This document shows, piece by piece, positions 1-9,857 of a DNA stretch of 64,000 nucleotides; the first letter of the stretch is position 1; each line of letters starts with the position of its first letter. The notes beneath the pieces are model-generated. The model saw only the letters and a program-made list of their open reading frames with translations, was not told the DNA's origin and ran no database searches. The stretch spans positions 486,435 through 550,434 of the forward strand of contig JAXMCT010000008.1 in assembly GCA_046349235.1 (NCBI GenBank), in the 5' to 3' direction. A program made the translations under genes and the position numbers. This stretch comes from Hyphomicrobiales bacterium. GTDB lineage: Bacteria > Pseudomonadota > Alphaproteobacteria > Rhizobiales > Aestuariivirgaceae.

Positions 1-419
1 TGCCGCGCATGTTTGGCTATGGCGTTGTCCCAGCCATGCTGCTCGTGGGCCTGCTGCATGGCACGTGGCATCTACCGCTGCTCCTGACCACCGACTACTA
101 CCATTCCGGCGAAAACCCATGGATCGTCACCCCCATGTTTCTCGTGACGTTGACACTGGCCGGCGTGTTCTATGGCATCCTCCGCATCTGGACGGCAAGT
201 GTCTGGCCGGTCGCGGTGGCCCATGCAGCGGTGAACGTCTCGTGGGAGATCGCCTCCGAACTCTCCGTCAGCAAGAGTTCGCTGGTTCTCGAATACATCG
301 GCGGCGAAAGCGGCGTGGTGATGATCGCCGGGCTCATCATCGCCGACCTGGTCCTGCTCAGGGTGATGAGAGCGGACATCAGCGCGGCGCAGCGTCAGGC
401 GCAGCGGCACATCGCGTGA
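1..419 (+). CDS. CPBP/CAAX-family intramembrane glutamic endopeptidase, 5'-truncated by window edge
   Basis: Hydrophobic ORF with 'LLHGTWHLP' and 'SVWPVAVAHAAVN' motifs typical of CPBP (Abi/CAAX) proteases. Confidence 0.8.
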   Translation, partial: PRMFGYGVVPAMLLVGLLHGTWHLPLLLTTDYYHSGENPWIVTPMFLVTLTLAGVFYGILRIWTASVWPVAVAHAAVNVSWEIASELSVSKSSLVLEYIGGESGVVMIAGLIIADLVLLRVMRADISAAQRQAQRHIA

Positions 420-459
420 GGGCTGCACCGGTGCCGTGGCGGCCTCGGCTGGTGACGGA

Positions 460-867
460 TCACTTGCGGCGCCGCTCCCGCTCGGACCTCGCCTTCGAGA
501 GAAGGGCATGGCTCTGCTTCGCCGACATTTCGCACCGGTCGTGCAGTTCCTCCAGTTCCTTGTCGGTCAGTTTCTCGATGCCCATGAAGATGTTTTCCGC
601 ATTCGACGAGCGGATCAGCTCGTCGAGCTTCGTCTGCAGGGCAAAGCCATCGCGGTTCTGGGTGTTCTGGATGAGGAACACCATGAGAAAGGTGACGATG
701 GTGGTTCCGGTGTTGATCACCAGTTGCCAGGTTTCCGAGTAGCCGAAGAACGGTCCGCTCACACCCCAGGCCAAGACAATGAGAACCGCCGCGACAAAGG
801 CCGCAGGGCTTCCCGCCAGCCGGGCGGTGGCGTTGGCAAACCTGATGAAGCTCTTTTCAATGGTCAT
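460..867 (-). CDS. Low-affinity iron permease (Fet4-like) family protein
   Basis: 'SETWQLVINTGTTIVTFLMVFLIQNTQNRD...LQTKLDELI' signature; ATG at 867 chosen over longer ORF. Confidence 0.9.
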   Translation of the reverse strand: MTIEKSFIRFANATARLAGSPAAFVAAVLIVLAWGVSGPFFGYSETWQLVINTGTTIVTFLMVFLIQNTQNRDGFALQTKLDELIRSSNAENIFMGIEKLTDKELEELHDRCEMSAKQSHALLSKARSERERRRK

Positions 868-918
868 GGTGAGGGGGCAGCGGCGTGTTTGTTTGCACGC
901 TATGAGTTCACCTCCTTC

Positions 919-943
919 AATCGCCACTCTGCGGGAAAGTTCC
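919..943 (-). promoter_or_regulatory. Putative EcfG/SigT (general stress response) promoter
   Basis: Minus strand reads GGAAC-N16-GATT, close to the alphaproteobacterial GGAAC-N16/17-sGTT consensus, upstream of the Fet4-like gene. Confidence 0.5.
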
Positions 944-1080
944 AACCCGAACACAGCCCGCCCCGATCCACTGTCGCGTGGGCTGCGGCGGGCGTGACGA
1001 TCCACCTGCGAAAACCCTCAATTGTCCTCCTGCCCAAGCCGCGATAGTCTCCCGCCCCAACGACAAAACGGGAGACGACA

Positions 1081-2358
1081 ATGGCCGAGAGAACACCGGG
1101 TTTCGACACGCTGGCGCTGCATGCGGGACAGGCGCCCGATCCTGCCACCGGCGCGCGCATCACGCCGATCTACCAGACCACGGCCTACGTCTTCAACGAC
1201 GTACAGCACGCCTCCGACCTGTTCGCGCTCCGGGCCTTCGGCAACATCTACACCCGCATCATGAATCCCACCCAGGGCGCACTCGAAGGCAAGGTGACCG
1301 CACTCGAGGGCGGCACCGCCTCGCTCGCCGTGGCCTCGGGCCACGCCGCCCAGCTCCTCGCCTTCCACACCATCATGCAGCCGGGTGACGAGTTCGTGGC
1401 CGCGCGCCAGCTCTATGGCGGCTCGATCAACCAGTTCAGCCACTCCTTCAAGTCCTTCGGCTGGCACGTGGTGTGGGCGGACGGCGACGACCTCTCCTCC
1501 TTCGAGAAGGCGATCTCGCCCAAGACCAAGGCGATCTTCATCGAGTCGATCTCCAATCCCGGCGGCCGCGTCACCGACATCGCGGGCGTGGCGAAGATTG
1601 CGCAGAAGGCGGGAATTCCGCTGATCGTCGACAACACGCTCGCCACCCCCTACCTGTGCCGCCCCTTCGAGCATGGCGCCAACATCGTGCTCCACTCGCT
1701 CACCAAGTTCATGGGCGGCCATGGCAACTCGATGGGCGGCGTCATCGTCGACGGCGGCAATTTCGATTGGTCGAAGTCCGGACGTTTCCCGCTGCTGTCG
1801 GAGCCCAACGGCTCCTACCACGGCCTCAAGCTGCACGAGACCTTCGGCAACATCGCCTTCGCCATCGCCGCGCGCGTCCTCGGCCTGCGTGACCTGGGGC
1901 CTTCGATCGCGCCGCTCAACGCCTTCCTCATCCTCACCGGCATGGAAACGCTGGGCCTGCGCATGCAGCGCCACTGCGACAACGCGCTGAAGGTGGCCGA
2001 GTGGCTGAAGAAGCACCCCAACGTGTCGTGGGTGAACTACGCCGGGCTGCCGGGCGACAAGTACCACGCGCTCCAGCAGAAATACTGCCCGCGCGGCGCG
2101 GGTGCGGTGTTCACCTTCGGACTCAAGGGCGGCTATGATGCCGGGGTGCGCGCCGTCTCCTCGGTGAAGATGCTCTCGCACCTCGCCAATATCGGCGACA
2201 CGCGCTCGCTGATCATCCACCCGGCGTCCACCACCCACAGCCAGCTCAACGCCGACCAGCTCAAGCTGGCAGGCGCGACGCCGGACGTGGTGCGCCTGTC
2301 CATCGGCCTCGAAGACGTGGAGGACATCATCGCCGATCTCGACCAGGCGATCTCATAG
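1081..2358 (+). CDS. metY: O-acetylhomoserine aminocarboxypropyltransferase / sulfhydrylase
   Basis: 'PIYQTTAY', 'GNIYTRIMNPT', PLP lysine motif 'HSLTKF', 'SHLANIGDTRSLIIHPASTTH'; GGGAG RBS. Confidence 0.93.
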   Translation: MAERTPGFDTLALHAGQAPDPATGARITPIYQTTAYVFNDVQHASDLFALRAFGNIYTRIMNPTQGALEGKVTALEGGTASLAVASGHAAQLLAFHTIMQPGDEFVAARQLYGGSINQFSHSFKSFGWHVVWADGDDLSSFEKAISPKTKAIFIESISNPGGRVTDIAGVAKIAQKAGIPLIVDNTLATPYLCRPFEHGANIVLHSLTKFMGGHGNSMGGVIVDGGNFDWSKSGRFPLLSEPNGSYHGLKLHETFGNIAFAIAARVLGLRDLGPSIAPLNAFLILTGMETLGLRMQRHCDNALKVAEWLKKHPNVSWVNYAGLPGDKYHALQQKYCPRGAGAVFTFGLKGGYDAGVRAVSSVKMLSHLANIGDTRSLIIHPASTTHSQLNADQLKLAGATPDVVRLSIGLEDVEDIIADLDQAIS

Positions 2359-2380
2359 GACTTTCGCTCTCGCGCCGCAC

Positions 2381-2412
2381 ATCATGCCCGGGCACGGTCC
2401 CGGGCATTTTTT
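2381..2412 (+). terminator. Rho-independent terminator of metY (REP-like stem)
   Basis: ATGCCCGGG-cacggt-CCCGGGCAT hairpin followed by T run. Confidence 0.8.
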
Positions 2413-2435
2413 CTGGCGGCTGCCACCTGTCGCTG

Positions 2436-2675
2436 TCAGCGCCCGCGCGGTGTGCGGTTCAGCAGCATCCTCAGCAGGAACCAGCTCGGTATCAGCGCGG
2501 CGACGAGCGTCACTGCGAAGAAGAGGACGAGGTCACCGAAGGCCACCATGCCGCCCGAGGCCTGCGAGACGTCGGCGGGAACGGTCATCTCGTTTGCCAT
2601 CACCGCAAGGATGCCGGCAACCACGGCCAGCCCGTAGCCGATGACGATCAGTGCAAGCTTCCCTGCCACGCCCAT
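2436..2675 (-). CDS. Small hypothetical membrane protein (2 TM)
   Basis: 79-aa ORF with two hydrophobic segments, filling the gap between metY and ctaA. Confidence 0.6.
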   Translation of the reverse strand: MGVAGKLALIVIGYGLAVVAGILAVMANEMTVPADVSQASGGMVAFGDLVLFFAVTLVAALIPSWFLLRMLLNRTPRGR

Positions 2676-2756
2676 GTGCCACCACCGCCAGGATCGGCGT
2701 GATCATCCCCTCAAGCGCGCCGCCGATCAAGTTCGCCGCCCCGCGTCACGGCGGCC

Positions 2757-3803
2757 CTAGGCCGCACGTGCCTCGCTCAGAACCGGGGCCCTGTCCAGAA
2801 GCGAACGATGCAGGTTCCAGATCGCGGCGGCGAACACCAGCAGCGCCCCGCCCTGGTGGGCGAGGCCCAGCCACAGCGGCACCACCCACAGCAGCGTCCA
2901 GATGCCGAGTGCCACCTGCCCCAGCACGGCTGCAAGCAGCAGCAGGCTCGAGGGGCTCCGCGCCACATAGGCCTGCGCCGCCACGAGGAGGAAAATCACA
3001 TAGGCCAGCATGCGGTGGTTGAACTGCACGGTCAGCGCGTTCTCGAACATGTTGCGCCACCACGGCTCCGCCGCGAACAGCCCCTTGGGCACCACCGCGC
3101 CGTCGATCAGCGGCCAGGTGTTGTAGCCGAAGCCCGCGTCGAGGCCGGCGACGAAGCCGCCCGCCGCGATCTGCAGCAGCACCAGCACGGCGATGGCCAG
3201 CGCCCACCACTGGCGTCCGCTGGCAGGTGCGTGGCGGTGGCGGCCCAGCCCGAAGCTCACCCACAGGATCGCGCCATAGATGAAGGTGGCGAGAGAGAGA
3301 TGTGCCGCCAGCCGGTACTGGCTCACGTCCACCCGCTCGACGAGGCCGGAGGCCACCATGTACCAGCCGAGCGCGCCCTGCAGGCCGCCGAGGATGAACA
3401 GCACGCCGCAACGGATCGCCGTGCTGCGATTGAGCGCGCCCGTCACCGCGAAATAGGCAAAGGGCAGGAAGAAGGCGAGGCCAATCACCCGGCCGAGGAA
3501 GCGGTGCGACCACTCCCACCAGTAGATGAACTTGAACTGGTCCAGCGTCATGCCCTTGTTGATCTGCTGGTACTCGGGGATCAGCTGGTATTTCTGGAAG
3601 GCGTCGAGCCAGTGCGCCTCGGTCATCGGCGGAATGGCGCCGAGCAGCGGCTTCCATTCGGTGATCGACAGGCCGCTGTCGGTGAGGCGCGTGGCGCCGC
3701 CCACGATCACCATGCAGAAGATCAGCGCCGCCACGCCGATCAGCCAGGCCCGGACATAGGGCATGGCTGCGGTCTGCCGGTAGTTCAGGGTTTCAGCTGT
3801 CAT
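2757..3803 (-). CDS. ctaA: Heme A synthase (COX15/CtaA)
   Basis: 'GGATRLTDSGLSITEWKP', 'EWSHRFLGR', 'QGALGWYMVASGL', 'QFNHR', 'LAHQ' motifs. Confidence 0.95.
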   Translation of the reverse strand: MTAETLNYRQTAAMPYVRAWLIGVAALIFCMVIVGGATRLTDSGLSITEWKPLLGAIPPMTEAHWLDAFQKYQLIPEYQQINKGMTLDQFKFIYWWEWSHRFLGRVIGLAFFLPFAYFAVTGALNRSTAIRCGVLFILGGLQGALGWYMVASGLVERVDVSQYRLAAHLSLATFIYGAILWVSFGLGRHRHAPASGRQWWALAIAVLVLLQIAAGGFVAGLDAGFGYNTWPLIDGAVVPKGLFAAEPWWRNMFENALTVQFNHRMLAYVIFLLVAAQAYVARSPSSLLLLAAVLGQVALGIWTLLWVVPLWLGLAHQGGALLVFAAAIWNLHRSLLDRAPVLSEARAA

Positions 3804-3902
3804 GGATGCGCATTACGTCCGGGCGGGCCGCCGGTTCAAGTGATGAAGCGCCGCAGCCGGCAGACCTTGCGTCAGCCGCGCCCTGCCCCTATCCAGCAGC
3901 CC

Positions 3903-4106
3903 ATGAACCAGCGCAGCCGCAAGGCCATCGGCACCATCGCCACCGTCCTGTTCATCATCGCCTATGCCCTGGTGATGATGGCGGTGGGCGGCATGCTGGT
4001 GGTGGGCCGCGGCATGGCCTTCGAGCTTCCCTTCTATGCCGTGGCGGGGGCCGGCTGGCTTCCCGTGGTCATGGCCCTGATCCGCTGGATGTCGAAGCCC
4101 GACTGA
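3903..4106 (+). CDS. DUF2842-family small membrane protein
   Basis: 'RSRKAIGT...FYAVAGAGWLPVVMALIRWMSKPD'; divergent from ctaA, a usual position for DUF2842. Confidence 0.8.
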   Translation: MNQRSRKAIGTIATVLFIIAYALVMMAVGGMLVVGRGMAFELPFYAVAGAGWLPVVMALIRWMSKPD

Positions 4107-4109
4107 GGC

Positions 4110-4496
4110 TCAGGCCAGCATCTCGCCCAGCACCTCGACGCAACGCGCCGAGGCGACGGGCTTGCCCAGGTTCTCGACGCCCACGAACTCCGCCTCGTCA
4201 CAGCGCAGGTGGTTGTGGGCGGTGGCGAGCACGAAGGGCACACTCATCTCGCGCAGGCGCCGCGCCACCGGCGTCACCAGCTCGCCGCGCAGCTTCAGGT
4301 CGAGAATCGCCGCGTCGGGCCGTTCCTCGCCGATGAGCCGCATCGCCGCGACGACGGAGGCCACCGGCCCCAGCACGCGCATGCCGGCATGGCTCAGGGT
4401 CTGCTCGATGTCCCAGGCCACCAGCATCTCGTCCTCGACCAGCAGCACGCTGCGGCCCATCAGGTGGGTGGGCGGCTTCAGGATCAGTGGCGTCAC
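4110..4496 (-). CDS. Single-domain response regulator (SdrG/MrrA-like)
   Basis: 'VLLVEDE', 'DAAILD', 'PFVLATA', 'LGKP' receiver motifs; GTG start after AAGAGGGG; start uncertain. Confidence 0.85.
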   Translation of the reverse strand: MTPLILKPPTHLMGRSVLLVEDEMLVAWDIEQTLSHAGMRVLGPVASVVAAMRLIGEERPDAAILDLKLRGELVTPVARRLREMSVPFVLATAHNHLRCDEAEFVGVENLGKPVASARCVEVLGEMLA

Positions 4497-4760
4497 GTCA
4501 TTCCCCTCTTGGCAGGCCGAGGTGTCGCACCAGAAAGTGACCGGGATGAGGAGCAGGCCCGGCGCGGCGGAATTTTCTCCGCGCGCTGCAGCGCCGCTCG
4601 GGCAGCAACCGGATTCGCACCGGCAGCAACCATCACGACGCACGCTTGCCATGCACGTCGGATGCTCTGCCGCATGGCTACGGCGGCAACGATCGGCGCA
4701 ACCGCAGCAACCTCCGGCAACGTCGAAATCAACCGTCGTGAACAGCCGCGGGCGTTGGTC

Positions 4761-5039
4761 CTAGCGCAGGGCGGGTGACTCGTCGCCCACGGCCAGCGCA
4801 GCATTGTCGTTGGCCACCAGCGCCCGCTGTGGCACCGCTTTCGGCCATTCGAAGGCGAGGCCGGCAATGCGGGCATTCGTGGCGCCCCGTACCTCCACCA
4901 GCTCCGTCAGCCGCGCGCCCCCGTCCCGGTCCAGCAGGACGCCGATCTCGCCCGTGACCCCGATGTCGCGCAGGGCATCGACGAACTCCAGCGAGGCTCT
5001 CAGAAGACCGATCAGGCGGGGATCCATGTCAGCGGCCAT
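4761..5039 (-). CDS. Hypothetical protein (92 aa)
   Basis: ATG preceded by GAGGAG; protein-like composition; no recognised family. Confidence 0.6.
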   Translation of the reverse strand: MAADMDPRLIGLLRASLEFVDALRDIGVTGEIGVLLDRDGGARLTELVEVRGATNARIAGLAFEWPKAVPQRALVANDNAALAVGDESPALR

Positions 5040-5412
5040 TCTCGCTCCTCGGGGCTTGCCGTGTTCGACACCAATTTACCGGGATGGCCTCCTGAAATCA
5101 CGCTGAAACTTCTCGTCTGACGCGAAATTTCCGCCATATGGTAAGTGCAAGTGATTAATCTAGAACGACTTTCCGTTACGGCAACCAGGGTAAAGGATTT
5201 CTTGCCGCAATCGATGGAATTGCCCCCGGCCCGTTTCCGGCGTGAACAGGAATCACTGCTACAAACGTATTCATGGAGAAGCCCGGACATCTCTCGCCGC
5301 TCGCTGCGGGCCATGCGCTGATTGCCGCCGCCCTCGGGCTATCGTTGCTGGTGATGCTGCCGCTCGCCGCGCTTTCTGCCACCCGGCTTCTGGCATGGCT
5401 GGTCGGGACGTG

Positions 5413-5444
5413 AAAAAGGGGCCTGGAATTTCTTCCAAGCCCCT
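5413..5444 (-). terminator. Terminator downstream of tRNA-Pro
   Basis: Minus strand AGGGGCTTGGAA-g-AAATTCCAGGCCCCTTTTT hairpin + T run. Confidence 0.75.
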
Positions 5445-5452
5445 GAATTCAA

Positions 5453-5529
5453 TGGTCGGAGCGACTGGATTCGAACCAGCGACCCCTATCCCCCCAGAAT
5501 AGTGCGCTACCGGGCTGCGCTACGCTCCG
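5453..5529 (-). tRNA. tRNA-Pro(GGG)
   Basis: Minus strand CGGAGCGTAGCGCAGCCCGGTAGCGCACTATTCTGGGGGGATAGGGGTCGCTGGTTCGAATCCAGTCGCTCCGACCA: cloverleaf, GGG anticodon, GTTCGAATC T-loop, encoded CCA. Confidence 0.95.
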
Positions 5530-5583
5530 ACACGGCGCCGCTGTAGCATTGTTCAGACTTGAGCGAAAGGGATATTCGACGCC

Positions 5584-6114
5584 TCAACGGCCTTGGGAAG
5601 GATCGAGAATCCGCCGCGCGTCGCCCAGGTCGCGCAGTGCCGCGCGCAGCATGTCGGCATGGTTTTCCGAGAGACGGTTCACCACTACCCGCACCTCGCC
5701 CAAAGGCAGGAGCGGCTGGGCTGGCGCGGCATCGGGCGATGCGGCAGTGCTGCCGCCCTTGCCGACTCGCGGCGCCGACTTGGCGGTGCCGGGTGGCGGC
5801 GCGGAGGCCATCTCGCCCTCGCGCTTGCGCGGTTCGATCTCGCCGCGGCCGACCGAGGCCACGTAGGATGCCCCGTCCTCCTTGAGGATCTTCTGCACAC
5901 CGCGGATGGTATAGCCTTCCTTGTAGAGAAGGCTGCGGATTCCCTTGAGAAGCTCGACGTCGGCGGGGCGATAATAGCGCCGTCCGCCGGCCCGTTTCAT
6001 CGGCTTTATCTGTGAAAAGCGGGTTTCCCAGAAGCGCAGCACATGCTGCGGAACGTCCAGTTCCTCGGCGGCCTCGCTGATGGTGCGGAAGGCGTCGGGA
6101 GATTTGTCCACCAT
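5584..6114 (-). CDS. MerR-family transcriptional regulator (ihfA-associated)
   Basis: '[45 protein letters not shown]'; conserved ihfA-merR-tRNAPro synteny. Confidence 0.93.
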   Translation of the reverse strand: MVDKSPDAFRTISEAAEELDVPQHVLRFWETRFSQIKPMKRAGGRRYYRPADVELLKGIRSLLYKEGYTIRGVQKILKEDGASYVASVGRGEIEPRKREGEMASAPPPGTAKSAPRVGKGGSTAASPDAAPAQPLLPLGEVRVVVNRLSENHADMLRAALRDLGDARRILDPSQGR

Positions 6115-6152
6115 GCGGCATCCCTCCTTAGGATGCGGCGTGCCGCGAAAGC

Positions 6153-6467
6153 CTATTCTTCCTCGGAGCCGCCTTCGAGGCCATTGATGACGTTCTTCAT
6201 CACCTGGCTCGGACGGAACACAAGCACGCGACGGGGGGTGATCGGCACTTCCTCGCCGGTCTTCGGGTTGCGGCCGACGCGGCCGTTCTTCGAGCGCACC
6301 ATGAAGGTGCCGAAGGATGACAGCTTCACCGTCTCGCCGTTCACCAGATGCTCGGACATCATGTCCAGCATGCTCTTCACCAGATCGGCCGATTCACTGC
6401 GCGACAGACCGATCTGACGGTGGACAGCTTCACTGAGATCGGCGCGGGTTAGCGTCTTGCCAGCCAT
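6153..6467 (-). CDS. ihfA: Integration host factor subunit alpha
   Basis: '[12 protein letters not shown]', 'VKLSSFGTF', '[23 protein letters not shown]'. Confidence 0.97.
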   Translation of the reverse strand: MAGKTLTRADLSEAVHRQIGLSRSESADLVKSMLDMMSEHLVNGETVKLSSFGTFMVRSKNGRVGRNPKTGEEVPITPRRVLVFRPSQVMKNVINGLEGGSEEE

Positions 6468-6560
6468 TCTGAACCCCCTGCAAGGATTTAGAAACTACGG
6501 TGCGGCCCGCTTCGGGTCAACAGGAAAAATCGGGTAACTCAAGGGGTTACAGCGGAAGCT

Positions 6561-7553
6561 TCAATAGCGGGCCAGAACCGCGCCCCAGGTGAAGCCGCCG
6601 CCCATCGCCTCGAACAGCACAAGCTCGCCCTTCTTGATGCGGCCGTCCTTGACCGCGGCGTCGAAGGCCAGCGGAATCGACGCGGCGGAGGTATTGCCGT
6701 GATGGTCCAGCGTGATCACGATGCGGTCCTCGCGGATGCCCAGCTTGCGGGCGGTGCCCTCGAGAATGCGGCGGTTGGCCTGGTGCGGCACGAACCAGTC
6801 CACCTGCTCGGGCGTCACATGCGCAAGTTTCATCGCCTCGTCCATCACCGTGGCGATGTTGGTGACGGCATGCTTGAACACCTCGCGGCCCTCCATGCGG
6901 AGATGCCCGACGGTCCCGGTGGTCGAGGGTCCGCCATCGACATACAGCTTGTCGCTGTGCCGCCCATCGGAGCGGATGCGGGTGATGAGGATGCCGGGGC
7001 TCGCGGGAGAATCGGGATGCTCCTCCGCCTTCAGCACAACCGCACCGGCGCCGTCGCCGAACAGCACGCAAGTACCGCGATCGGTCCAGTCGAGGATGCG
7101 TGAGAACGTTTCAGAACCGATGACCAGCGCGCATTTCGCCTGGCCCACCTTCAGCATCGCATCGGCAACGCTCAGCGCATAGACGAAGCCGGAACACACG
7201 GCCTGCACGTCGAAGGCGGCCCCCTGGGTGATGCCGAGGTCGAACTGCACCAGTGTCGCCGTTGCCGGGAAGGTGTTGTCGGGCGTGGCGGTGGCGAGCA
7301 CGATGAGATCGACTTCGCCGGCGTCGATTCCGGCATGCTCCAGCGCGCGGCGTGCCGCCAGCGTTCCCAGCGTGCGCGTCGTCTCGCCTTCGCCCGCGAT
7401 GTGCCGGGATTTTATTCCGGTCCGCTCGACGATCCATTCATCGCTGGTGTCGACGATCTTGCTCATGTCGGCGTTGGTCATCACGCGCTGCGGGAGTGCT
7501 GATCCGCATCCCAGGATGACGGATCTGGTCATTGTCTTCGTCTGGTCGTTCAT
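6561..7553 (-). CDS. fabH: 3-oxoacyl-ACP synthase III
   Basis: '[13 protein letters not shown]', catalytic 'AVCSGF', 'PHQAN', 'GNTSAAS', 'GGGFTWG'. Confidence 0.96.
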   Translation of the reverse strand: MNDQTKTMTRSVILGCGSALPQRVMTNADMSKIVDTSDEWIVERTGIKSRHIAGEGETTRTLGTLAARRALEHAGIDAGEVDLIVLATATPDNTFPATATLVQFDLGITQGAAFDVQAVCSGFVYALSVADAMLKVGQAKCALVIGSETFSRILDWTDRGTCVLFGDGAGAVVLKAEEHPDSPASPGILITRIRSDGRHSDKLYVDGGPSTTGTVGHLRMEGREVFKHAVTNIATVMDEAMKLAHVTPEQVDWFVPHQANRRILEGTARKLGIREDRIVITLDHHGNTSAASIPLAFDAAVKDGRIKKGELVLFEAMGGGFTWGAVLARY

Positions 7554-8614
7554 AGGGTGGTTTCCGCTTGGGCTTCAGGCCGCTTCATCAGCCCCGTCAT
7601 GATTTCCACGTCGGTCTTGATCTTGTTCACGAGATCGTTGCGCACGATTTCCAGCGTCATGTCGATGGCCGTGGCAAAGCCCAGCGCATCGGTTCCGCCA
7701 TGGCTCTTCACCACCACGCCATTGAGGCCGAGGAACACGCCGCCATTGTGCTTGCGCGGGTCCATGCGGTCCTTCAGTGCGCGAAAGGCGCCCTGCGCCA
7801 GGAAGGCGCCGATCTTCGAAAGCAGCGTCCGCTGCAGGCAGAGCCGGAGATAGGTCGAGAGCTGCTTCGCCGTGCCTTCGGCTGCCTTGAGTGCGATGTT
7901 GCCGGTGAAGCCCTCGGTGACGACCACGTCGACCGTGCCCTTGCCGATGTCGTCACCCTCGACGAAGCCCGCATATTCGATGGGAAGCTTGGAATCGCGC
8001 AGGATGCGGCCAGCCTCCTTCACCTGCTCCTGGCCCTTGATCTCCTCGACGCCGACATTGAGCAGGCCGACTGTGGGCTTCTCGAGGCCGAGCAGGCAGC
8101 GGGCCATGGCCTCGCCCATGACCGCGAATTCGACGAGCTGGGAGGCATCGGCACCAATGGTGGCGCCGACGTCGAGCACCACGCTTTCGCTCCGCAGCGT
8201 CGGCCACATGGCGGCGATCGCCGGGCGGGAAATGCCGGGAAGGGTCTTGAGCACGAAGCGGGCCATGGCCATCAGGGCGCCGGTATTGCCGGCCGAGACG
8301 GCCGCATCGGCGTGGCCGGTGCGCACCGCATCGATGGCCAGCCACATGCTGCTCTTGCCGCGGCCCTGGCGCAGCGCCTGGCTCGGCTTGGCATCCATGG
8401 TAACGAAGACGTCGGTGTGGAGAATTTCGGCGCGCTGCTTCAGCTTCGGGTGGCGCTCCAGGAGCGGGGCAACCCGGCTGCGGTCGCCAACCAGCAGGAA
8501 GCGGACCTCGGGATGGCGCTCGGCGGACAGCGCCGCCCCGGGAATCACCACCTCGGGACCGGTATCGCCACCCATCGCATCCAGCGCAATGGTCAAATGT
8601 TTCTTTGTCGTCAA
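7550..8614 (-). CDS. plsX: Phosphate acyltransferase PlsX
   Basis: 'IALDAMGGD', 'SAGNTGAL', 'GFTGNIALK', 'VVKSHG'; TTG start at 8614 is a guess (ORF open to 8680). Confidence 0.95.
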   Translation of the reverse strand: MTTKKHLTIALDAMGGDTGPEVVIPGAALSAERHPEVRFLLVGDRSRVAPLLERHPKLKQRAEILHTDVFVTMDAKPSQALRQGRGKSSMWLAIDAVRTGHADAAVSAGNTGALMAMARFVLKTLPGISRPAIAAMWPTLRSESVVLDVGATIGADASQLVEFAVMGEAMARCLLGLEKPTVGLLNVGVEEIKGQEQVKEAGRILRDSKLPIEYAGFVEGDDIGKGTVDVVVTEGFTGNIALKAAEGTAKQLSTYLRLCLQRTLLSKIGAFLAQGAFRALKDRMDPRKHNGGVFLGLNGVVVKSHGGTDALGFATAIDMTLEIVRNDLVNKIKTDVEIMTGLMKRPEAQAETTL

Positions 8615-8742
8615 AGCCTTGCCGATACTCGCCCCTTTCGCCCCGTGAGCCAGGCCGGAACCTGCCGGAACGCGATTCATGGCTTAGGAGATTGCCCTGC
8701 GAAAGTCATTCCAAAAACGGCGATGACTGCTCTTCCCCCGCG

Positions 8743-9258
8743 TCATACGCCCTTCTTGGTGGCCAGTATCGCAAAGGGTGAGGGTGCCTTTTCGGTCTCG
8801 CCATCGTCCTCGACATGGCCTGGAAAGGCCTCACCCGGCTTGCGGGGATAGGGTTCGAGGTCGAGGGCCAGCGTCTCGGCCACCACCTCGCCAAGGTCGA
8901 TCCAGCCATTTTCGATGGGGTCGGCGTCGTCTTCCTGGTTGTTGTCGGCAACCGCGCCCGGGGGAAGGAAATAGCGCGCGAGCGGCACCGAGACGGTTTC
9001 CCGGAAAGACTCGAGGCTGATCACCGAAACCTGCTCGAGATCGGCCGTAATGTGGCCCTCGAGCTTGAGGCCGCCGCCCCGCCATGGCGTTGCCCGGATG
9101 TCGGCAGACAGGGCATGAAGGGCGGGGATCCGAAAGCGGCCGGCGAGCGCCTTCAGCTCCTCCGGCTCGGCCGAAAGCTTTTCGGTGGAGCCCAGCTTGG
9201 GGACGCGGTCAACCTGCAGCGGGCGGGAGAATTCATAGCGCGGCGTGCGGTTCTTCAT
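8743..9258 (-). CDS. DUF177/YceD family protein
   Basis: 'IDLGEVVAETLALDLEPYPRKPG...SPFAIL'; upstream of plsX. Confidence 0.88.
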   Translation of the reverse strand: MKNRTPRYEFSRPLQVDRVPKLGSTEKLSAEPEELKALAGRFRIPALHALSADIRATPWRGGGLKLEGHITADLEQVSVISLESFRETVSVPLARYFLPPGAVADNNQEDDADPIENGWIDLGEVVAETLALDLEPYPRKPGEAFPGHVEDDGETEKAPSPFAILATKKGV

Positions 9259-9773
9259 GGCGTGGGCTCCTTGAAAGTGACTTGCCCCCGGGCGATCGCG
9301 CTGTCGCCCTGCGCGGCCAGGTGGCTGCGCTGGTCCCTCAGATAGGCCGCGAGCGGCGCGGCGCCGGCAGCATCCTGCTCACCCGGGAACACGTTGCGGG
9401 CCAGCGCATCGACAAGCTCGCCCTCCCCCCCGGCAAGTGCGGCGTCATAGGCAGTGACACGGCCATAAAAGACCTCGGCCATTTTCCTCACCTTCTTGCC
9501 GACCGACAGGTCGCCCACCCCCAGTTCGCGCAGTGAACGGTCCATGTCCCGGAAAAACTCGTCGACCAGAGACTGCCGGAAACGGGGCTCCGCCCCCTTC
9601 AGCCGGTCGAGGATAAGGTAGGTATGGAGGGCGATCATGTCGAATCGCCCGTCCAGCGTGTCCGCCACCTTCCAGTTCGCGTAGAAGGCAGGGTGCCGCG
9701 CGGCAGCCACAATTGCCTCGTAACAGCGGCGTTCGGCTGTGGGGGAGCGGTTGAAAAGTCGTTTCAGGATCAT
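9255..9773 (-). CDS. Ubiquinol-cytochrome c chaperone (Cbp3 family)
   Basis: 'VADTLDGRFDMIALH', 'DMDRSLRELGVGDLSVGKKVRKM..FYGR..AYD'. Confidence 0.92.
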   Translation of the reverse strand: MILKRLFNRSPTAERRCYEAIVAAARHPAFYANWKVADTLDGRFDMIALHTYLILDRLKGAEPRFRQSLVDEFFRDMDRSLRELGVGDLSVGKKVRKMAEVFYGRVTAYDAALAGGEGELVDALARNVFPGEQDAAGAAPLAAYLRDQRSHLAAQGDSAIARGQVTFKEPTP

Positions 9774-9857
9774 GCTATTGCGGCTAACGGAATAGTTGGT
9801 TCACGAGTTTCTTATACGATTCCGCCGGTCAGGGGATTAGGAACAAGATAGCGGCCC

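Noticed and set aside
960-1080. Possible SAM-II or SAM/SAH riboswitch upstream of metY
   Set aside because: Only a loose GTCGC...GGCGTGAC stem; conserved core nucleotides missing
4110-5452. Genomic island or prophage integrated at tRNA-Pro
   Set aside because: No integrase and no duplicated tRNA 3' end seen; the tRNA is followed directly by its terminator
8615-8742. Missing rpmF between yceD and plsX
   Set aside because: Gap too short, and rpmF is commonly located elsewhere in Hyphomicrobiales
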